This document shows, piece by piece, positions 19,244-28,436 of a DNA stretch of 64,000 nucleotides (the first letter of the stretch is position 1; each line of letters starts with the position of its first letter). Source of the DNA: Anaerolineales bacterium (GTDB taxonomy: Bacteria > Chloroflexota > Anaerolineae > Anaerolineales > Villigracilaceae). The notes beneath the pieces were generated by a model. The model saw only the letters and a program-made list of their open reading frames with translations, had not been told where the DNA came from and ran no database searches. Made by a program: the position numbers and the translations under genes. The DNA lies in NCBI GenBank assembly GCA_043788255.1, contig JAYVUA010000080.1, positions 7,488-71,487 of the forward strand, in the 5' to 3' direction.

Positions 19244-19298
19244 AGCATATCAGGCGTGATTAAAGTTTTTGTAAAGGCAAAACAAAGAGAAGGTAAAG
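19244..19298 (-). promoter_or_regulatory. Promoter with four 11-bp-period direct repeats (OmpR/PhoB-type) and -10 TATGCT
   Basis: Plus-strand TTAAAG 19260, GTAAAG 19271, ACAAAG 19282, GTAAAG 19293; -10 at 19249-19244. Confidence 0.68.
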
Positions 19299-19333
19299 GT
19301 TCTCATCAGGATTTTTGCATGGCGAAGGAAGCA

Positions 19334-19362
19334 GAATGGCCTGTCTTTTAGACAGGCCATTC
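19334..19362. terminator. Hairpin after YHS gene; overlaps a 7-2-7-like site at 19328-19343
   Basis: gaatggcctgtct-ttt-agacaggccattc. Confidence 0.65.
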
Positions 19363-19379
19363 AAGGAGAAGAAGAGATT

Positions 19380-19556
19380 CTATTGATGAGTGTGGTCGTC
19401 AGTCTTGTTGAGATACTTTTCAGGCTCTTTATCGAAAGCCTTTTTGCAGCCGAGCGAACAGAAGTGATAAGTCTGCCCGTTGTATTCGGATTTGCCAGCG
19501 GCGGTTGCGGGATCAATATCCATGCCGCAGACGGGGTCATGTACGGTAGTTGTCAT
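19380..19556 (-). CDS. YHS-domain protein
   Basis: DPVCGMDID...YHFCSLGCKKAFDKEPEKY; His-rich tail. Confidence 0.9.
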   Translation of the reverse strand: MTTTVHDPVCGMDIDPATAAGKSEYNGQTYHFCSLGCKKAFDKEPEKYLNKTDDHTHQ

Positions 19557-19633
19557 TTGTTGTCTCCTTATGTTTGATTGGATTATCATCTTAAAAGACA
19601 TCTTCAATGAGAGCCATATTACCCAAAGCTTTA

Positions 19634-19649
19634 CAGGCGATTCTGCCTA
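19634..19649. promoter_or_regulatory. 7-2-7 operator copy (minus strand TAGGCAGAATCGCCTG)
   Basis: 78 bp upstream of start 19556. Confidence 0.7.
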
Positions 19650-19652
19650 CAC

Positions 19653-20066
19653 TTATTTCTCTATCTCGAAACCTGCCTGTTCCCACTCCACCATGCCACC
19701 AGTCACATTCCAGATATTGGTATATCCAAGTGAAACAAGTTCTTCCGCCGCAATCACACTCATGCGGCCACTGCGGCAATAAAAAACAATTTTTGCATTT
19801 TTATCAACGGGCAGTTGAGAAAGATTTTCAGGCACGCCGATCTCGTCATATGGGATGGACAAGTCTGTATCTGCGATGTTCCCTGCAAAAGGGAAATGGA
19901 CATTGACGAACACAAAATCCTTGTTCTTCAGCATTGTGTTCAACTCAACAGGAGTGATATTTTGGTATGAGCCGCCAGACACCGTCACCGTTTCACCTAT
20001 TACAAATTTGGATTGACATGCTGCAAGCACAATAGCGGCCAGCAGGACAAGAAATATTTTTTTCAT
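19653..20066 (-). CDS. Rhodanese-domain lipoprotein
   Basis: Lipobox LAAC; active-site loop YCRSGRMS; GGMVEW. Confidence 0.88.
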   Translation of the reverse strand: MKKIFLVLLAAIVLAACQSKFVIGETVTVSGGSYQNITPVELNTMLKNKDFVFVNVHFPFAGNIADTDLSIPYDEIGVPENLSQLPVDKNAKIVFYCRSGRMSVIAAEELVSLGYTNIWNVTGGMVEWEQAGFEIEK

Positions 20067-20068
20067 CT

Positions 20069-20830
20069 CTACGCCTTTTGCATGGTGTGTCCACTCAGGT
20101 AACCCAGATAGGCTGGTACGAGCGGCAACACACACGGCGAAAGAAATGACAATAAACCTGCGAGAATCGCAGTTAAATAAGTCGGCGCCGCGGCATAGGC
20201 CGCGAAAGACTCAATGTAATACCCATTCTTGAATGCCCAGATGGCAATCAGGCTCATAGTGTTCGTCAGCAACAACATGCCAATCGTAATGATAAATAAG
20301 CCGCTGGCAATCTTAAAATATTTTTGATAAGGTCTCATGTGCTTAAGCCAGACCGAAGCGCGTTCCAAGCCCAGCGCCAAAACAAGAAATGGAATTCCCA
20401 ACCCAAGCGAGTATCCTGAAGATAACCACATCGCCTGCCCCACCGTCTGCTGGCTGAGTCCCATTGTCAGGATCGCGCCCAGGGTCGCTCCAATGCATGG
20501 GCTCCAGCCTGCGGCAAAAAAAATGCCCATGAGGGCAGACCCGCCATACGTCCCGCGTTGACCTGAGTATTGGGAGCGCGTGTCCGCATAGAACCAGGGA
20601 ATGCGAATCACTTCCAGAGTAGCCAATCCAAACATGATCACGATCACGCCGCCGAATTGCGCGATGACTCTTTTATACGCGCCAAATAGTTGACCGAGCG
20701 CCGTGACTGAGCCGCCCCAGCCAACAATAAAGACCAGCGAGAAACCGAGCACGAAAAGGAGCGCGTGCAAAAATATTTTCAATCTATCAGTTTGAGTTGG
20801 GACAAGTGGAATTGCGGTTTCAGATGACAT
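20069..20830 (-). CDS. ccdA: CcdA/DsbD-type thiol-disulfide transporter, circularly permuted
   Basis: FVLGFSLVF, GWSPCIGATL, YSLGLGIPF; the SFLSPCVLPLVPAYL motif is at the C-terminus. Confidence 0.85.
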   Translation of the reverse strand: MSSETAIPLVPTQTDRLKIFLHALLFVLGFSLVFIVGWGGSVTALGQLFGAYKRVIAQFGGVIVIMFGLATLEVIRIPWFYADTRSQYSGQRGTYGGSALMGIFFAAGWSPCIGATLGAILTMGLSQQTVGQAMWLSSGYSLGLGIPFLVLALGLERASVWLKHMRPYQKYFKIASGLFIITIGMLLLTNTMSLIAIWAFKNGYYIESFAAYAAAPTYLTAILAGLLSFLSPCVLPLVPAYLGYLSGHTMQKA

Positions 20831-20912
20831 AAGCCTGCCTGTATAAAATGGGATGGATATATCATAAGCAAAACCCCGCCCCTGCATGAGCGCAGGATGG
20901 CGGGGCTATGGA

Positions 20913-20928
20913 TAAGCAAAATGGCTTA
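20913..20928. promoter_or_regulatory. 7-2-7 operator copy (TAAGCAAAATGGCTTA)
   Basis: 83 bp upstream of the ccdA start. Confidence 0.7.
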
Positions 20929-20942
20929 TGACGTTTATCGCT

Positions 20943-22637
20943 TCACAATCGGACCGTTAGCCTGCTGCCCTTTCCCAAAGTGGATTCCATCTCGAGCCGC
21001 GCACCGATCAGGTCGGCGCGTTCATGCACGCCCAACAAACCGAAGTGTCCGCTCGGGGCAAGTTCAGTGGGACTTTTCGGCATGATGAAGCCATTGCCGT
21101 TGTCACTGACTTCCATCTTGATTTCCGAATCTTCAAAGGTAATTTTCAAATCGGCATGGCTGGCCTTGGAATGTTTGACCACATTACTGACTGCTTCCTG
21201 CGCGATTCGATAGAGCGATAATTCCTCTTCGCGTGAGAGGCGGCGTTCCTCTCCTCTTTTTTGAAAATCCACAGTCAATTGATTATTATGAGCAGTTTCG
21301 CGGGTTAACATATCAAGTGCGGTAACGAGCCCCAGATCTTCGAGATAGATGGGACGCAAGGCTCGTATCAGGCGGCGTAGGTTTTCAACAGTTTGTTCCG
21401 CAAGACCCTCAAGTTCCTGAAGTGAGCGTTTTCCGTTCTGGTCTTTGACCAACTTTTCGGCCAATTGCACGCGTTGTTTCAATGCGATCACCGATTGAAT
21501 GGTTTCATCATGCAATTCACGCGCCAGCCGCATGCGCTCATCTTCCTGCGCGGAAGTGATCGCGCCGATGTAATCATGCAATCCCTCCTGGGAAGCCTGT
21601 ACCTTGCGCGACATCTCAGTCAATTCCATTTGCAGATGCTGCACTTCCAAAATCCCGCCGACGGATTCTTTGATGGCTTCAAAGTCACCCCATGCCAGCG
21701 CGGCGGCCTTAGATTCAAGTTTTTGCAATGGCTGTACAATTTGCTTTGCACCAAACCAGATTGCGATCAGAGCAAGGATGAAAGCAGGAACCATGACAAG
21801 GGGGGCCATCTGGGTTAACTGCAACGATGGACTGATCACCATTTCCCATTCTTCCTCGGTGATCAACGCCCAGCCTGTCAATACGATGGGGCTATATGCA
21901 ACGACGTGTTCTGTCTTATCCTTCTTGACATAAAGCACGCCGCTATTTCCTTGCATTGCCTCTGTAACACCTGGGTGGTTGGGTTCCAAAGTTTCCTGTG
22001 CAAGTGCGCCGCTCACGAAAAGCAATCGACGCGATTTGTCGAGCAGGTAGATGGTTACATGGCTGCCTGTTGGATAAGTGGTAGAGAGGGTTTTAATGGC
22101 AAGTGTTTCAGGAGAAAACGCGCCCGCCACAATCACATTGCGGGAGGCGGAGTATGCTGAAATGATAACGAAAAGTTGGTTTGAGCTGGGGTCAAGGATT
22201 GGATCGGAGAAAATAGGTTCACGGTCCGAAGGAGAAGCGAGAGAAAGACTTTGTGCGTTTTGAGAAACCCATCCCCAAAAACTGTCATTGCCTGTATTGG
22301 CGAGCAAGCGTCCATCTGAATCGAGAAAGGCTATTTCACCATTGAAATCATTTGCAAGATCATTCGTAGTTGCAAAGATTTCTTCAAAAGTTAGCTCCTC
22401 AGAAGATAGAACAGCCATACTGGTAATTGTAGCCACGCGATGGTGTAATTCAGATTCGAGCGCGGCGGCAGAAGATTGAACCGCGCGCTCATCACGCTCG
22501 CCAACGAGGGCACGCATATCCTGCTGGTGCATGTTGACACCGCCAAAAGCGATTACCAACAGTAATACAGTAAGTGGCAGGATTGTGACTGCGAAAAGTT
22601 GTGTGAGGCCGCGCCAGCCAGGCAGGAGACGTTTCAT
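20943..22637 (-). CDS. Sensor histidine kinase (Cache-like sensor, HAMP, HisKA_3)
   Basis: ERMRLARELHDE H-box; LYRIAQEAVSNVVKHS; DNGNGF; GHFGL. Confidence 0.93.
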   Translation of the reverse strand: MKRLLPGWRGLTQLFAVTILPLTVLLLVIAFGGVNMHQQDMRALVGERDERAVQSSAAALESELHHRVATITSMAVLSSEELTFEEIFATTNDLANDFNGEIAFLDSDGRLLANTGNDSFWGWVSQNAQSLSLASPSDREPIFSDPILDPSSNQLFVIISAYSASRNVIVAGAFSPETLAIKTLSTTYPTGSHVTIYLLDKSRRLLFVSGALAQETLEPNHPGVTEAMQGNSGVLYVKKDKTEHVVAYSPIVLTGWALITEEEWEMVISPSLQLTQMAPLVMVPAFILALIAIWFGAKQIVQPLQKLESKAAALAWGDFEAIKESVGGILEVQHLQMELTEMSRKVQASQEGLHDYIGAITSAQEDERMRLARELHDETIQSVIALKQRVQLAEKLVKDQNGKRSLQELEGLAEQTVENLRRLIRALRPIYLEDLGLVTALDMLTRETAHNNQLTVDFQKRGEERRLSREEELSLYRIAQEAVSNVVKHSKASHADLKITFEDSEIKMEVSDNGNGFIMPKSPTELAPSGHFGLLGVHERADLIGARLEMESTLGKGSRLTVRL

Positions 22638-23326
22638 TCTTCTTCGATGATATTGCCCGAACCCTGTGAGATCAATCCCAGAGAGACGCCACGCATGACA
22701 GCTTCAGTTCGGCTGGTGGCTTGCAGTTTGGCGAAGATATGCGCGAGATGCCCCTGCACGGTACGGTCGCTGATGCTAAGCTGTACACCAATGGCTTTAT
22801 TGGTGAATCCTTTTGCAGCAAGTCGCAACACATCCAGTTCACGATCCGTCAGCGGTTCGACAATTTTCTTCTCTGTTCCTTTGAATATGTTGGACATCAA
22901 TTTGCGCGTGATGGCAGGGTCAAGTGCAGACTTGCCCTCATTTACATCGCGCACAGCTTGAATAAGATCGTCGGTTTGTGCTGTCTTGAGCACATAGCCA
23001 TTCGCGCCTGCCTGCAGGACTGCCATCACATATGGATCGTCATCGTAGGCCGTTAGGATTAACACGCCCACTTCTGGCAAATGTGCGCGCACCCAGCGAG
23101 TCACTTCGATACCACTGGCTTTGGGCATTTGGATATCCAGGACCGCCACATCAGGTTTGTGCTTCTGAATGAGGGCTTGGGCTTCTTCGCCATCTCCCGC
23201 CTCAGCTATGACCTGAAGATCGCTCGCGCTTTCAAGCAATTGGCGCACCCCTGCGCGGACGATGTGATGATCGTCAGCCAGAAGAATGCGGATTTTGGTT
23301 TTTGATTTGCTCAATGACTTTGCCAT
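22634..23326 (-). CDS. NarL/LuxR-family response regulator
   Basis: ILLADDH, VLDIQMP, LTDRELDVL...TNKAIG...TVQGH HTH. Confidence 0.93.
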   Translation of the reverse strand: MAKSLSKSKTKIRILLADDHHIVRAGVRQLLESASDLQVIAEAGDGEEAQALIQKHKPDVAVLDIQMPKASGIEVTRWVRAHLPEVGVLILTAYDDDPYVMAVLQAGANGYVLKTAQTDDLIQAVRDVNEGKSALDPAITRKLMSNIFKGTEKKIVEPLTDRELDVLRLAAKGFTNKAIGVQLSISDRTVQGHLAHIFAKLQATSRTEAVMRGVSLGLISQGSGNIIEEE

Positions 23327-24047
23327 AACTAAGTGGTTCCAATTCTTGATTGAGTGCTTGAGTCTGAAAAATATAAGGGAAGGCGAGCCAGACGATACCA
23401 AGACCAGCCAAAAGTCCAGTGATGAAGCGCATGAGAGAATTGAACGAACCGAGCGCATCGCCTGCGTAGAATGTCGCAGAGAATGAATTATTCGTCAGTA
23501 TCACAAGCCATTGATTTGTATCACGAAAGCCCTGTCCAATGCCAGCGAAATCGCTCAGCATATGCGTACCACCATCCATTATAAGAGGAAGCAGAAGCAA
23601 AATGAATCCGAACCAGGATAAGGTTTTGATCCTGCGTCGAAATGGAAACCAAAGTGCTGCAAACATCCAGACACTGGTGTAAAACGAGATCATGCGATCC
23701 GACCAGGCGACCTTCCAGCCCATGCTTTCATTACCAATAAATTGACGGAGAATCATGGGGTTAATAGTATCCTGCCAGACGGCTTGAACTTCACTCAACG
23801 AATACATGGTTTTTTCGCCAAAGAGAAAGAATGACCGTTCTGGAAGTTGATGACAAAAAAATGAGTAAATGAAGTATATGGCCCTTCCTGCTCCGATCCA
23901 ACCGATGTATATGAAGAAGGGTGCAAGAAAAGGCGCGAATACCCACAGTCCATAAACGATCAGAAAAGTCTCAAACCAATGGATGCCAATCCATTGAAAG
24001 ATGGACTGTTTGGGTTTTGGAAGAGCCGGTGTTGTGATGGTAGACAT
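23274..24047 (-). CDS. DUF2085-like membrane protein
   Basis: YSFFCHQLPERSF; MDGGTH; RFITGLLAG. Confidence 0.8.
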   Translation of the reverse strand: MSTITTPALPKPKQSIFQWIGIHWFETFLIVYGLWVFAPFLAPFFIYIGWIGAGRAIYFIYSFFCHQLPERSFFLFGEKTMYSLSEVQAVWQDTINPMILRQFIGNESMGWKVAWSDRMISFYTSVWMFAALWFPFRRRIKTLSWFGFILLLLPLIMDGGTHMLSDFAGIGQGFRDTNQWLVILTNNSFSATFYAGDALGSFNSLMRFITGLLAGLGIVWLAFPYIFQTQALNQELEPLSYGKVIEQIKNQNPHSSG

Positions 24048-24054
24048 TCTTTCC

Positions 24055-24633
24055 TTATGGTGCGTCAGGTTCAGGTGCTTTATTGAGATTGGAGCGGTAG
24101 AAGACCTTGGCCTGTTCTGCATCAAAAGTTTCAAAGCGCTGCAATCGTCCCCAGGATGTCATGACAAGTGGGGTATCAAGCGAAGGCCAGGGATAGGCAA
24201 TCAACTTTACGCCACCCAGATCATCGATTGTGGTTTTAATTTGTTCCTTTAAGTTCGTGCAATCAGATTCGTCCAGCAAGTCGCAGTTGTACCAGAAGAT
24301 CACATATCCATGTTCCAAATTATGGACGAGATAACCAGCTGGAAACTGATAATTGTTGTTGTCAAAAAAACCTGCCCTTGCCTCCTCCGCGTAATGTGGA
24401 CCTGAGGTTGGCGGGTCGGAATTGTATTCACCAGGATCGCTATCGACTGGGATATGTGGGTCGCTCACCATGATCGGGACAGACTCGCCTGCTGCTGGAC
24501 GGGCGCTCTGCGAAATGACAAGGGCGATGATCACAAGTATAGCCACTCCGATCCCACCCCAGACAAGACTACTTTTAAGTTTTTGTTTGCGCTGGCGGTC
24601 ATGCAATTGTTGACGTCTGTTTTTTGAATTCAT
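24055..24633 (-). CDS. DUF3105-like membrane-anchored protein
   Basis: YNSDPPTSGPHY; VHNLEHGYVIFWYNC. Confidence 0.85.
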   Translation of the reverse strand: MNSKNRRQQLHDRQRKQKLKSSLVWGGIGVAILVIIALVISQSARPAAGESVPIMVSDPHIPVDSDPGEYNSDPPTSGPHYAEEARAGFFDNNNYQFPAGYLVHNLEHGYVIFWYNCDLLDESDCTNLKEQIKTTIDDLGGVKLIAYPWPSLDTPLVMTSWGRLQRFETFDAEQAKVFYRSNLNKAPEPDAP

Positions 24634-24654
24634 TTAATTTCCTGAATTTAATGG

Positions 24655-24690
24655 TAAACAGGCATCAAAATGATTTCTGATGCCTGTTTA
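24655..24690. terminator. Terminator-like hairpin
   Basis: taaacaggcatca / tgatgcctgttta. Confidence 0.7.
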
Positions 24691-24698
24691 GATTTCAA

Positions 24699-25091
24699 TT
24701 ATTGAATTGGAAGATTGATGTCTTCTTTATAATCAAGTTCCCCTTTCCGCACGTAGATGGTTAACACCCAATCGCCAGAATCACTAAAATTGGCTTTGAT
24801 GGAATATTTTCCTCCACCTTGTTCGGTTGCCTGGCCGTTCATACCCATTCCTGCCATCGCAGGATGTTCAGCAGCCACATCCACTTTTGCACCTTCGATC
24901 AATGCACCACTGGCGTCGGTAATGGTGAACATTAATTCCACATCGCCTTTCACGGCAGGTGATGGATTGGTTTCCAGTTTGATGTTCACCTGCCCGGAGG
25001 AAGACGTGTCAGTCGGCGTTGCCGCATTGCCACAAGCCGCCAGTAAAACAGATAATGCCACGAGTAGATTGATTAACAAAAACTTACGCAT
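24699..25091 (-). CDS. FixH/YtkA-like lipoprotein
   Basis: Lipobox LAAC; HPAMAGMGM; GGGKYSIKANFSDSGDW. Confidence 0.8.
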   Translation of the reverse strand: MRKFLLINLLVALSVLLAACGNAATPTDTSSSGQVNIKLETNPSPAVKGDVELMFTITDASGALIEGAKVDVAAEHPAMAGMGMNGQATEQGGGKYSIKANFSDSGDWVLTIYVRKGELDYKEDINLPIQ

Positions 25092-25113
25092 TTCTTCTCC
25101 TTTAATAAAATGA

Positions 25114-26196
25114 TTATTCAACGACATTGATCATCAACATCAAGCCACCCGGCTCAACGTTGTCGTTTGTGGTGTGATGCAGGATGTGACAGTGCAGCAT
25201 CCATTGACCCGTTTCCGTGGCGACGAATTCGATGTCATAACGCTCGCCTGGCGCGACACTAATTGTGTCCTTCGTTAACTGTGCGCCTTCAGGGACGGGA
25301 TGTCCATCGGTGGCAACGATTTTGAAGGGCATCCCATGCAGGTGCATTGGATGAATAAATTGTCCGATTGCGATTAGTCGCAGGCGAACCAGATCACCTT
25401 TCTTGACCGTGATTGTCTCCGTTGCGGGGAATGACTTGCCGTTGATCGTAAAGTAATTCGGCTCCATCCCACCCATTGGCATGGCGGCGTATGTCTGCCC
25501 ATCCGTCATCCGTACTTCGGAAATCATTAGCACTTTATCCACAACAGGAGTGTTGGCTTCTGGTTCCTTCGGATCAATGATGAATGGAGCATATAATCCT
25601 GCGCCTACCTGTACATCACCTTCAAAATGCGAGTGATACATGAAGGTGCCCGCAGGTTTGGCGATGAATTCATATGTAAAAGATTCACCAGGCTGGATGG
25701 GATCCTGGGTAACTCCAGGTACGCCGTCCATTGCATTGGGAACTTCGACTCCATGCCAGTGAATGGTTGTCGGATCAGGCAGTTCGTTCTTAACGATGAT
25801 CCTGACCTGATCTCCCTCTGTGACACGGATCATTGGCCCGGGCACGGTTCCGTTGTATGTATATGCTGTGACCGTGACGCCATCCAAGATCGGCCATTGC
25901 ACTGCTTTTGTGGTCAGCTCAAATACTTTAACGCCATCTTCCTCGCGATAAGCAAGCGGTTGTCCGCCGGTTGTTTCAGTGGCAGGCTGAATGTTCGGGG
26001 CTGTGATCGGCTCCATCATGTGCGCGGCTCCGGGGTTGTTCGCCGTCATACTGCCTGGGGTTGGGATCCCGTCCGTCATATTGGAGTTATCGTTATTCAT
26101 TGGCATCGTGCTATCGGGCGTTGCAGCAGGCGCACAAGCCGACAAAGTCAAAGCCAGAGTCATTAACGAAAAAATCAGTATCTTCTTTATTTTCAT
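25114..26196 (-). CDS. Two-domain multicopper oxidase lipoprotein (T1 site in domain 2, type B-like)
   Basis: LSAC lipobox; HWHG, MYHSH, HPMHLHG, HCHILHH. Confidence 0.9.
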   Translation of the reverse strand: MKIKKILIFSLMTLALTLSACAPAATPDSTMPMNNDNSNMTDGIPTPGSMTANNPGAAHMMEPITAPNIQPATETTGGQPLAYREEDGVKVFELTTKAVQWPILDGVTVTAYTYNGTVPGPMIRVTEGDQVRIIVKNELPDPTTIHWHGVEVPNAMDGVPGVTQDPIQPGESFTYEFIAKPAGTFMYHSHFEGDVQVGAGLYAPFIIDPKEPEANTPVVDKVLMISEVRMTDGQTYAAMPMGGMEPNYFTINGKSFPATETITVKKGDLVRLRLIAIGQFIHPMHLHGMPFKIVATDGHPVPEGAQLTKDTISVAPGERYDIEFVATETGQWMLHCHILHHTTNDNVEPGGLMLMINVVE

Positions 26197-26277
26197 GTTT
26201 CCTCTTAAAGTTGGGATAGCCGCTAACTATAAGGAATTCACCATTTCTTAACCAGAGCAATTTGACGCAGTTGAAGA

Positions 26278-26293
26278 TAGGCCAAATTGCCTA
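26278..26293. promoter_or_regulatory. 7-2-7 operator copy (TAGGCCAAATTGCCTA)
   Basis: 82 bp upstream of start 26196. Confidence 0.72.
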
Positions 26294-26677
26294 TTTAGTC
26301 TTTGAAATCGAAACAGGATCGTTGGTTTCAAGTGCCTGCTGAATGGAATGGATTAATTTCTCATTTGCCCGTTGTTGCGAATCGTTTGCAATGGATACCC
26401 AGGTCTGTCCATCGTTGCCATGCAGAATCAGGGTTGCAGGTTCTGCAACTTTCCCATAAACCAATAGAACCACCATCTGGCAGTCACACTCCTCTGTCCC
26501 GTGATTCGGACAGGGACAATCGTGCAACGCCAGCCGCGCTGTGTGCAAATCAAAAGTCTGCACTACTCGGAGACTTGCCTGCGATAACTGTTGTTTTGTC
26601 CATTGCAAAGCTTCGTCACAGGGATGGTTGATTGATAAGAACGGAGAATTATTCATATGCGCCTCTGATGTCTCCAT
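26291..26677 (-). CDS. Hypothetical protein with CPCPNHGTEECDCQM Cys/His cluster (start 26677 or 26656)
   Basis: ORF track; Cys/His-rich motif. Confidence 0.7.
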   Translation of the reverse strand: METSEAHMNNSPFLSINHPCDEALQWTKQQLSQASLRVVQTFDLHTARLALHDCPCPNHGTEECDCQMVVLLVYGKVAEPATLILHGNDGQTWVSIANDSQQRANEKLIHSIQQALETNDPVSISKTK

Positions 26678-26727
26678 TTTACAGAATCTCTCTATAAGTC
26701 CGAAGAGCCGCGTGGCGTATTCTTTCA

Positions 26728-26743
26728 TAGGCAGAATCGCCTA
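26728..26743. promoter_or_regulatory. 7-2-7 operator copy (TAGGCAGAATCGCCTA)
   Basis: Best match to consensus; upstream of the 26291 gene. Confidence 0.72.
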
Positions 26744-26745
26744 TG

Positions 26746-26786
26746 AAAATCTTCCCCTGTTTGTTGAAGAAACAGGGGAAGATTTT
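26746..26786. terminator. Intrinsic terminator
   Basis: aaaatcttcccctgttt / aaacaggggaagatttt. Confidence 0.8.
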
Positions 26787-26810
26787 TCGAACCATGTAAG
26801 ATGAATATGT

Positions 26811-27938
26811 TCAGGGTGTCATTCCTGGCATATCCATCTGTCCACCTTCTGGTATTTCAAGTTGTATTTCAGGCGAAGAAGCTGGGAGGGCGGGCAGGCT
26901 TGAGAAACTAATTCCGTTCGGGGCCACCCCGCTGGGAATCTTCGCAATAACAGTTTTTTGCTCAATGTCGATCACAGACACTGTGTTTTCATAGATATTG
27001 GTGATGTACGCAAAACGACTTGATGGATCAATTACCACGCCGTGCGCGCCCTTTCCTGTTTCAATCGTAGCGACAATAGTGAAAGTGGCAACATCCACAA
27101 TTGAAACTGTGGTGCTGGGACTTTCCTGGGTTCCCTGGTTTGCGACAAGGATATACTTATTGTCAGGGGTAACGAATACTTGGATCGGTCCACCTTCCAC
27201 CTCCACTTTGCCAACCAATTCGCGCGTGGCAACATCCACTTTGCCCAGCGCATTCTCGCCATTGAGAGAGAAATAAATGAACATTCCATCAGGTGAAAAA
27301 CCCACTTGCACAGGGCGCTCACCGACTTCAATATCTGCGACCTTTACGTTCTGTTCAGTGTCGATCACGCTCAGGGTGGTAGATTTGGCATTAGCGGCAT
27401 AGACCCATTTTCCATCGGGGCTTACTCTCAAACCATGCGGGTATTCGCCAACTGAGATTGTAGCCATGACGGTCATTGTCTCCACATCAATTACGGTTAT
27501 CGTATTGTCTTCGCCGTTGGTGACGTACCCCTTTTTACCATCGGGCGTCAGGACGATATGAGCAGGCATCATCCCTGTGGGAACAACGCCATGAACTTCA
27601 TAAGTCAAAGCGTCTATCATAATAGCGAGCGAATCATGCCCACTAACCGCCCAGACCGTTTTTCCATCAGGGGCAACCTGCAGGTTATGTGCGCCCTCGA
27701 TTCCAGTCAGCGTCGTAAGTACCTGATTCGTGGCTGCGTCGATCACTGTGATACTGTTGCCTTCTTCATCGGCCACCCACACCGTTCCCTCCACACCTGC
27801 CGTTGGCTGGCTTTCTGTCGGTTGAATTGCTGTGGGCTGGCTCACGGTTGACTGGCTTGCATTGCCACTACATGCGCTCAAAACGATTGCGGCTCCTAAT
27901 AATAGGATTGCAACTCCCCAAATCATTGGTTGTTTCAT
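26811..27938 (-). CDS. YVTN/YncE-type beta-propeller lipoprotein
   Basis: LSAC lipobox; repeated VAPDG, TPDGKKGYVTN, SPDGKWVYAAN blades; His and Met residues in blades. Confidence 0.88.
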   Translation of the reverse strand: MKQPMIWGVAILLLGAAIVLSACSGNASQSTVSQPTAIQPTESQPTAGVEGTVWVADEEGNSITVIDAATNQVLTTLTGIEGAHNLQVAPDGKTVWAVSGHDSLAIMIDALTYEVHGVVPTGMMPAHIVLTPDGKKGYVTNGEDNTITVIDVETMTVMATISVGEYPHGLRVSPDGKWVYAANAKSTTLSVIDTEQNVKVADIEVGERPVQVGFSPDGMFIYFSLNGENALGKVDVATRELVGKVEVEGGPIQVFVTPDNKYILVANQGTQESPSTTVSIVDVATFTIVATIETGKGAHGVVIDPSSRFAYITNIYENTVSVIDIEQKTVIAKIPSGVAPNGISFSSLPALPASSPEIQLEIPEGGQMDMPGMTP

Positions 27939-28013
27939 TGTTTTTCAACTCCTTTAAGATTTGATTGACCGAATAACGATTAATCTTATACAGCATCCAA
28001 AAGGAGTTGAACA

Positions 28014-28029
28014 TACGCAGAATTGCCTA
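28014..28029. promoter_or_regulatory. 7-2-7 operator copy (TACGCAGAATTGCCTA)
   Basis: 76 bp upstream of start 27938. Confidence 0.7.
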
Positions 28030-28157
28030 ATACAATGCCATTTGTCCAAATTCACTCGTTGATTGGCGGAATTATCTGGTCACTAGAATCAAATCAATCG
28101 AGTATGCACGTACTATAAATCCAGAAAAGTAGCGGAAATATCGTCATTCTCAAATTG

Positions 28158-28358
28158 TTATATCTCGCCCACCTTAATATATTTTTCTGGCATACGTTCA
28201 AACAAATGTTTGCATACCCCGGAGCAAAAATAATATGTCTTACCTTTATACAGAATCTTGAATGGTGGTTTCTGCGGATCAACTTTCATTTCACATACGG
28301 GGTCAATTTCAAATGACAGGCCTGCCGCATTAAATCTTTGCATATTGAAACCGTTCAT
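28158..28358 (-). CDS. YHS-domain protein
   Basis: IDPVCEMKVD...YYFCSGVCKHLF. Confidence 0.75.
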   Translation of the reverse strand: MNGFNMQRFNAAGLSFEIDPVCEMKVDPQKPPFKILYKGKTYYFCSGVCKHLFERMPEKYIKVGEI

Positions 28359-28436
28359 GGTTTCCCTCCGCCATATATAGGCAACTTTACTGAAATTTAT
28401 TCGTACCATCCTAACAGGTTCCTTTGCTATATTGTA

